Below are positions 55,963 through 64,000 of a stretch of DNA of 64,000 nucleotides, piece by piece. Below the pieces are notes generated by a model. That model searched no databases and was not told the origin of the DNA. It was given only the letters and a program-made list of their open reading frames with translations. The translations under genes were made by a program, and so were the position numbers. Position 1 is the first letter of the stretch. The number at the start of each line of letters is the position of its first letter. This DNA is from an uncultured Solirubrobacteraceae bacterium (GTDB lineage Bacteria; Actinomycetota; Thermoleophilia; Solirubrobacterales; Solirubrobacteraceae). The stretch lies in assembly GCA_963826985.1 (NCBI GenBank), contig CAWGYW010000007.1, positions 2,187-66,186 on the forward strand, written 5' to 3'.

Positions 55963-57572
55963 TTACGCCGGGGCGCCTGCCGGCACGTGGCTCATCGCGT
56001 GCTCGGCCAGCGCGGTGATCGTCAGCGACGGGTTCACGCCGACGTTCGCGGGCACCGCCGAGCCGTCGCAGACGAGCAGGTTCTCGTAGCCGAACACGCG
56101 CTGGTGGGCGTCGACGACGCCGCGCTCGGGGTCGGGCGCGATCACGGCGCCGCCGAGGATGTGCGCGGTCGTGGGGATGTTGAAGAGCGCCTCGGTGATC
56201 GAGCTCTGGGCGATCCCGCCGGTGCGCTTGGCGAACCATTCGGCGGCCTTGTTGGCGATCGGGATGAACGTCGGCGTCGGGCCGCTCGGGGTCCTGTTCG
56301 GTCTTCAGCCAGAACGTGCCGAACGGGCCCTTTGTGGGGGCGCAGCGCGATCGCGTTGTCGAGCGTCTGCATCACCAGCAGGATGATCGTGCGCCGCGAC
56401 CAGTGCTTGGGGAACAGCACCTGCGCCAGGCGCTTGGGGTGCAGCAGGATCTGGCCGAGCAGCTTCAGCGGGCGCGTCACGCGCGTGCCGTCGCCGACGA
56501 GCAGCGTGTTCAGGCGGTGCATCGAGTCGCCGTCGTCGCCGTAGGTGACGGTCTCGATGTGCGTGTGCGGGTCGGGGTAGATCGAGGAGGTGATCGCGAC
56601 GCGTTTGATCAGGTCGTCGGGGTAGTCCTCGGGCACGGTCACCGCGAGGATCGACTCGGAGTTCGTGCGCACCAGCTCGCCCAGGCGCGCGGAGATGCGC
56701 GGCAGCGAGCCTTCCAGCGCGGCAGAGCTGCAGCAGCCTGTTCGTCCCCAGCGGTCCGGCCGACACGACCACGCCGCGCGCGCGCTGGACGCGGCGTTCC
56801 TTGCGCAGCCACGCGCCCGAGCGCACGCTTTCGACCTCGTAGCCGTCGCTTCCGTCGGCCGCGCCGAGCGGGCGGATGTCGACGACGGTGCGTTCGGGCA
56901 TCACCCGCGCGCCGCGCTTCTCGGCGAAGTACAGGTAGTTCTTGACGAGCGTGTTCTTGGCGCCGTGCGGGCAGCCGACCATGCAGCGCCCGCACAGCTG
57001 GCAGCCGGTGCGGTCGGGCCCCTCGCCGCCGAAGAACGGGTCCGGCACGGTCTTGCCCGGCCTCGCCGAAGAAGATGCCGACGGGCGTGCGTTTGTAGGT
57101 GTCGCCGACGCCCAGCTCCTCGCCGAGCTCGCGCAGCAGCTGGTCGGCGGGGTCCTCGTGCGGGTTTTCGACGACGCCGAGCATGCGCTGCGCTTCGGCG
57201 TAGTGCGGCGCGAGCGCGCTCTCCCAGTCGGTCATGTCCGCCCACTGGCGGTCCTCGAAGAACGCGCTTCGGCGGCACGTACAGCGTGTTCGCGTAGCCG
57301 AGGCTGCCGCCGCCGACGCCGCAGCCGGAGACAACCGACACGTCTTTGAACGTCGTCAGCCGGAAGATCCCCTTCATCCCCAGGCGCGGGTTCCAGAAGT
57401 AGCGCTTGAGGTCGGCCGTCGCGCTCGGGAACTCGTCGTCGGCGAAGCGCCGCCCGCACTCCAGCACGCCGACCGAGTAGCCCTTCTCGGACAGGCGCAG
57501 CGCCGAGACGCTGCCGCCGAAGCCGGAGCCGACGACCAGCCAGTCGTAGTCGAAGCTGTCGTGCGCGCTCAT
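55963..57572 (-). CDS. GMC oxidoreductase, cholesterol oxidase ChoD-like (frameshifted)
   Basis: [80 protein letters not shown]. Confidence 0.9.
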
Positions 57573-57588
57573 CGCCGTTGGATCTTAG

Positions 57589-59110
<1,522 letters not shown>

Positions 59111-59111
<1 letters not shown>

Positions 59112-59490
59112 TGGACGAAGTCGAGGAGATCGTTTGCCCGACCTGCGGGCGTGGGCACGCGCGGAGCGAGCGTTTCTGCGAGGCCTGCGGGATGCCGCTC
59201 GTGCATCCACTGGGCGCCGAGCACGCTGCCAGCGAGCGTCAACAGCGCCGGCGCGCAAGATCAAGCCGCAATACACCGAGGGCGAGCTCGTGAAGGTCGC
59301 GCACGCCGAGAACCAGCCGGAGGCCGAGTTCATCGCCGGCCTGCTGCTCGAGGAGGGCATCCCGTGCCTGCTGCGCAACTCGATCGGCGGCTACTCGCCG
59401 ATGATCGGGCCGCGCGAGGTCATGGTTCCCGCAGTCAGGGGCCGAGGCGGCGCGCGAAGCGCTTGAAGTGGGACAGAGCCTGTCTAGACG
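59111..59490 (+). CDS. Zinc-ribbon + DUF2007 (PII-like) protein (frameshifted; end approximate)
   Basis: CPTC...FCEACGMPL; VAHAENQPEAEFIAGLLLEEGIPC; ATG overlaps the mec stop. Confidence 0.7.
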
Positions 59491-60119
59491 AGGACCGGCT
59501 GGCCGGCTGCTTCTGAGGTGATCGCGCGGATCTCCTCGGAGGCGCGCTCGAACTCGGCGTCGGAGAGCACGGGCGTGCCCTCGAACGGGAGTTCGCGCTG
59601 CAGCTCGATCCAGGCATTGGGGCCGGTGTACTCGTCCTTGACCTTGACCGTGACCGGCCGCGGGATGCGGTAGGTGCGCAGCAGCAGCACGTGCAGCGGC
59701 TGGCGCCCGCGCCAGCCGAGGCGCTTTTCGGCGTAGTCGGGCGTCCACACGTAGAACGGCGAGAGCGCGTCCACGCAGCGCGGGTCGACGACGTGAAGTG
59801 GTCGGTCACTTCGGCCCACGCGCGGATGCGAACGCGGTCGGGCTGCTGCAGCGGGCGCGCCTGAGACGAACGTGTGCAGCGGCGGCTCGCCGTCGCTCCA
59901 GACGCCCTCCTCGAGCGCTCTGCGCAGCTCGGGCTGGTGGGACTCGCGCACGAGGTCGCCCGGCTGGTGGTCGAACGTGGGGTACAGGAAGAAACGCTCG
60001 TGGGCGAGCTTGAACGGCTTGCCGTCAGGCGGCAGGACGCCCTTGCGGAGTGTTAGGAGCTGCTCGCCTTCCGCCAGCGCGCGGACGGTGACAGCCCATT
60101 CTTTGAAAGCAATTGGCAT
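59484..60119 (-). CDS. DUF1802 family protein (frameshifted)
   Basis: AFKEWAVTVRALAEGEQLLTLRKG, FFLYPTFDHQ, L..FYVWT, PVLSDAEF. Confidence 0.85.
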   Translation of the reverse strand: MPIAFKEWAVTVRALAEGEQLLTLRKGVLPPDGKPFKLAHERFFLYPTFDHQPGDLVRESHQPELRRALEEGVWSDGEPPLHTFVSGAPAAAARPRSHPRVGRSDRPLHVVDPRCVDALSPFYVWTPDYAEKRLGWRGRQPLHVLLLRTYRIPRPVTVKVKDEYTGPNAWIELQRELPFEGTPVLSDAEFERASEEIRAITSEAAGQPVLV

Positions 60120-60308
60120 GAGAAGAAGCGACGAGACGAGATGAGAGGGAGACGTCGGGACTGAACTGCGCACGCCGCCTCAAGTGGAGACGCCGCGCGA
60201 TGCCGTTAAAGATACGAAACCTGAGCGGAAATCCCAAATCGCCCTGCAAATCGGCGGTTTTTTTGGCGACTTTGGTCGCGCGGCCAGGATCCGCGGGTCC
60301 GTAGAAGC

Positions 60309-61242
60309 TTACAGGCGGCGGTCCGGCGAAGCCCTCGGCGGCCTCGATCATCGCCGCGTAGTCCTGCTCGGCGTACCCACGAGCTATCGTCGCTGTCAGC
60401 ACGTCCCGAGCATGGGCGGCGGCGGGGAACGGCACGCCGGCGGTCTCGGCCTCCTGCAGGCACAGGCGCACGTCCTTGAGCATGTGCGCGGTCTTGAACA
60501 GCGGCGTGTAGTCGTGCTGCGCGCATCGGCCCCGACTTGAGCGCGAGCTGGGCCGAGGCGCCCGAGCCGGCGGAGGTGACCTCGACGAGCGCGTCGAGGT
60601 CGATGCCGGTGGCGCGGGCGAGCAGCAGCGCCTCCGCGAGCGCGGCGGCGTTGGCGGCGCCGAGCGAGTTGTTGATCAGCTTGAGCATCTGGCCCTGGCC
60701 GAGCTCGCCGACGTAGGAGATGAGGCTGCCCATCGTCTCGCAGCAGCGAACGGACGCGCAGGAAGTCCTCGCGCTCGCCGCCGACCATGATCGTCAGCGT
60801 GCCCGTCTTCGGCGCGCGGCGATGAGCCGGTGACGGGTGCGTCGAGCATCGCCACGCCGCGCTCGCCCAGCGCGGCGCCGATGCGGCGCGTGTCGACGGG
60901 CCCGATCGTGGACATGTCGACGCACAGCAGTCCTGGCCGCGCGGCGTCGATGACGCCGTGCTCGCCGAGCAGCACGCCGGCGACCTGCTCGCCGTCGACG
61001 ACCATGCTGAGGACGACGTCGCTGTGCTCGGCGACCTCCGCTGGGGTCGCGTACGCGCTGGCGCCGTGCTCGGAGGCCCAGCGCTCGGCCTTGCCGGGGG
61101 TGTGCGTCCAGACGGCCAGCGGGAAGCCGGCGCGGGCGATGTTGGCGGCCATGCGCGAGCCCATGATCCCCAGGCCGAGAAAGCCGATCGACCCGACGGC
61201 GCTCAGCTCTGCTGGCTCGTTCTCAGGCGTGCTCTCGGGCAT
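60309..61242 (-). CDS. NAD(P)-dependent beta-hydroxyacid dehydrogenase (frameshifted)
   Basis: IGFLGLGIMGSRMAANI, VDMSTI, LDAPVTGS, GQMLKLINN, MLKD. Confidence 0.9.
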
Positions 61243-62735
61243 CTCCGAATCCTCCTCCGCCGGGCGTTTCGATTCGCAGCCGCTGGCCGGGGAGCAGCGT
61301 GCCGGTGCTCTTGGACGGCAGCGTACGCCCGTCGAGCTGGTCGTGCCCGCAGCGCCCCCGCCTGGCCGCCTGCGGCACCGCGCGGCGGGTGGCGGCGACG
61401 CTCGGCGATCAGCGAGAACGTCATCTCGGCGAGCGCTTCGAGCTCGCGCACGACGCCGTCGCCGCCGCGATGGCGCCCGGCGCCGCCCGATCCGCGACGC
61501 AGCGCGTACTCGAGGACGCGCAGCGGGAACTCGCGCTCGAGCGCCTCGATCGGCGTGTTGAGCGTGTTGCTCATCGCGACGTGCACGCCGCTGGGGCCGT
61601 CGGCATCGGCGCACGCGCCCTGTCCGCCGCCGAGCGTCTCGTAGTAGGAGAAGCCGGACGGCGCCGAGCGTGAGGTTGTTCATCGTGCCCTGGCCCTGCG
61701 CGCGCCCGAACGCCGTGAGCACGAGGTCGGCGACACGCGAGGACGTCTCGACGTTGCCGGCCGCCACGGCGGCGCCGGGCCGCGCGTTGAGCACGCAGCC
61801 CTCGGGCGCGCGCACGCTCGATCGGGCGGTACGCGCCGGCGGTGGGCGGGATGTCGGGGTCGGTGAGCACGCGCACGGCGAACAGGCAGGCCGAGCGCGT
61901 GACGGCGAGCGGGCAGTTGAGGTTGCCGTCGTGCTGGGGCGCGCTGCCGGAGAAGTCCAGCAGCAGCCGCTCGCCGTCGAGGACCGCGCGCAGGCGCAAC
62001 GCGAGATCGCCGTCGGGCGCCTCGAGCACGTCCTCTGCGCGCAGCTCGCCGTCGGGCAGCGCCGCCAGACAGGCGCGCGGTGCGCCGCTCGGAGTAGTCG
62101 AGCACCGCGTCGGTGGCCGCGCGCAGACGCTCGGCGCCGATCCGGTGGGCGAGCTCGGTGAGCCGCAGCACGCCGGTGCTGTTGGCGGCGAGCTGCGCGC
62201 GCAGGTCGGCCCTGCGCTCGCGCGGCTGGCGCATGCGCGCCACGAGCTCCTCGATCGTGCGCTCGTCCAGCCGGCGCGGTGAGATCACGACGCCCTCGTC
62301 CTGCAGCCTGCGGCTGTCGGCGGGCATCGAGCCGGGCACGCGCGCGCCGACGTCGGCGTGGTGCGCGCGGCTGGCGGCGAAGCCGATCAGGGTCCCGCCA
62401 GCTCCGGCGGGCGCGAACACGGGCGTGATGACGGTGATGTCCGGCAGGTGCGTGCCGCCGGCGAACGGGTCGTTGAGGATCCAGGAGACCCCGGGGGCGT
62501 GCTCCTCGCCGAGCACCGCCGCGACGGCGGCTGGCATCGCACCGAGGTGCACGGGGATGTGCTCCGCCTGCATGACCATCTGCCCGTCGGCGTCGAACAG
62601 CGCCGTGGAGGCGTCGCGGCGCTCCTTGATGTTCGATGAGTGCGCCGAGCGGATCAGCACGACGCCCATCTCTTCGCAGGCGGCGCGCAGCGAGCCGGTG
62701 ACGACCTGCAGCTCGATCGGGTCGAGTGTGCTCAT
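61223..62735 (-). CDS. Hydantoinase B/5-oxoprolinase subunit (frameshifted)
   Basis: EEMG..LIRSAHSSNIKERRD.S, HIPVHLGAM, NDPFAGGTHLPD, HHADVG, QGTMNN, NTPIEALE, ETPGGGG. Confidence 0.92.
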
Positions 62736-64000
62736 TTTGTGACTCGTTTCACGGCGGAACGGTTCTGCGGTGGAACGTTCTCGTGCGCGGACACGAGCAC
62801 CACCGTCCCCGGCGCGTCCACTTCGCCGTGCCAGCCGGGCGGGACGAGCAGGGTGGCCTCTGCCAGCGCGCACAAGGCCGGTCCGGACACGCGCGTGCCG
62901 GGCGCGAGCTCTCCGCGCAGAACCCGAGCGGCGACGGGCTCGCCGTCGAAGACGATCGGGCGCACGTCGGTGGCGGGCGCGGGCGCGGGCGCGCCAGCGG
63001 AGGACGGACGCAGCGCCGGGGACGGTCCCCAGACGGAGGCGCGCATGTTGACGACCTCGACGTCGGCGTCGTCGTCGCGGTAGCCGTAGCGCTGCTCGTG
63101 TGCGTGCGCGAAGGCGTCGCGCAGCCCGCCGGGATCGAGCCCTTGGCGATCGAGCTCCTCGTCGACGGGAAGCTCGAAGGACTGGCCGCGGTAGCGCAGC
63201 TCGTAGCGAACGCGCACGCGCGCGGGTGTGATCCCGAGCGCGGCGCTGGCCTCGGCGATGAGCGCGGCCCGCTCGCGGGAGAGGAGCTCCGCGGAGAGCG
63301 CGCGGGCGCCGGAGCCAGATCCGGACCCGGAGCCGGAGCCGGAGACGGAGCCGCGGAGCATGACGGTGCGGGCGGCGTCGCGTCGGGGGGCGGCGGCGGC
63401 GAGGCCGAGCGCGCAGAGCACGCCGGAGGCGCGGGGGCAGAGCACGCGTGAGATGCCGAGCTTGCGCGCGAGCGCGGCGGCGTGCAGCGGTCCGGCGCCG
63501 CCGAAGGCCATGAGCGCGAACCCGCGCGGGTCGATGCCGCGCTCGACGCTCATGAGGCGCAGCGCGCCGAGCATCTCGGCCTCGGCGACGCGCACGATCC
63601 CGTGGGCGCAGGCGATCGGCTCGAGGCCGAGCTCGTCGGCGAGCGCGGCGATCGCGCGCTCGGCTGCGCCCCTGTCGAGCGCGAGGCCGCCGGCGAGCGG
63701 CGAGTCCTCGAGCAGCCGTCCGAGCAGCAGGTTGGCGTCGGTGACGGTCGGCTGGCGCCCGCCGCGTCCGTAGCAGGCGGGCCCGGGCTCGGCGCCGGCG
63801 GAGGCGGGTCCGACGCGCAGCGCGCCGCCGGGGTCGCGCCAGGCGATCGAGCCGCCGCCGGCGCCGACGGTGTGGATGTCGAGCGCGGGCAGCGACAGCG
63901 GGCGCCCGCCGACCGTGCGCTCGGCGGTCTCGGCGACGTGGCCGTCGAGGATCAGGCAGACGTCGCAGGAGGTGCCGCCCATGTCGAAGCAGAGGACGTC
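62732..64000 (-). CDS. Hydantoinase A/5-oxoprolinase subunit, 5'-truncated
   Basis: FDMGGTSCDV, IHTVGAGGGSIAW, GPACYG, TVTDANL, FGGAGPLH, RYRGQSFEL. Confidence 0.93.
   Translation of the reverse strand, partial: DVLCFDMGGTSCDVCLILDGHVAETAERTVGGRPLSLPALDIHTVGAGGGSIAWRDPGGALRVGPASAGAEPGPACYGRGGRQPTVTDANLLLGRLLEDSPLAGGLALDRGAAERAIAALADELGLEPIACAHGIVRVAEAEMLGALRLMSVERGIDPRGFALMAFGGAGPLHAAALARKLGISRVLCPRASGVLCALGLAAAAPRRDAARTVMLRGSVSGSGSGSGSGSGARALSAELLSRERAALIAEASAALGITPARVRVRYELRYRGQSFELPVDEELDRQGLDPGGLRDAFAHAHEQRYGYRDDDADVEVVNMRASVWGPSPALRPSSAGAPAPAPATDVRPIVFDGEPVAARVLRGELAPGTRVSGPALCALAEATLLVPPGWHGEVDAPGTVVLVSAHENVPPQNRSAVKRVTK
63309..63353 (-). repeat. Hexamer (CCGGAG-like) microsatellite encoding a Gly-Ser tract in hydantoinase A
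   Basis: About 7 degenerate CCGGAG units giving GSVSGSGSGSGSGSG. Confidence 0.8.

Overview
64 kb of very GC-rich bacterial chromosome. Gene content and protein style suggest Actinomycetota, probably Thermoleophilia/Solirubrobacterales (inference). Core genes: lysA-hom-thrC-thrB, an orphan ParA with a Zn-ribbon-FHA gene, PBP and MarP, topoisomerase III-addB-addA, gltBD, an FMO, WS/DGAT and ispH, a SUF operon in Firmicute order (rrf2-sufCDSU...sufB) with inserted genes, a MoeZ-CysO-CysM-Mec sulfur-carrier cysteine pathway, a cholesterol-oxidase-like GMC enzyme and hydantoinase/oxoprolinase genes. Accessory secreted repeat proteins (RCC1, RTX, Vgb-like) are interspersed. Many conserved genes carry +1 frameshifts that look like consensus artefacts: both C and G wobble alleles are written one after the other. 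Their coordinates are therefore stitched across frames and approximate. I saw no tRNA, rRNA, CRISPR array or transposase. Best leads: a candidate Rrf2 operator shared by the split suf operon and moeZ-cysO; a stand-alone aGPT-Pplase3-like putative DNA-modification protein; an acylphosphatase-LigD phosphoesterase fusion; a CysO carrier with a C-terminal extension; a structured gltB leader; and basic C-terminal domains on secreted proteins. All family calls come from motif recognition by eye, not database searches.
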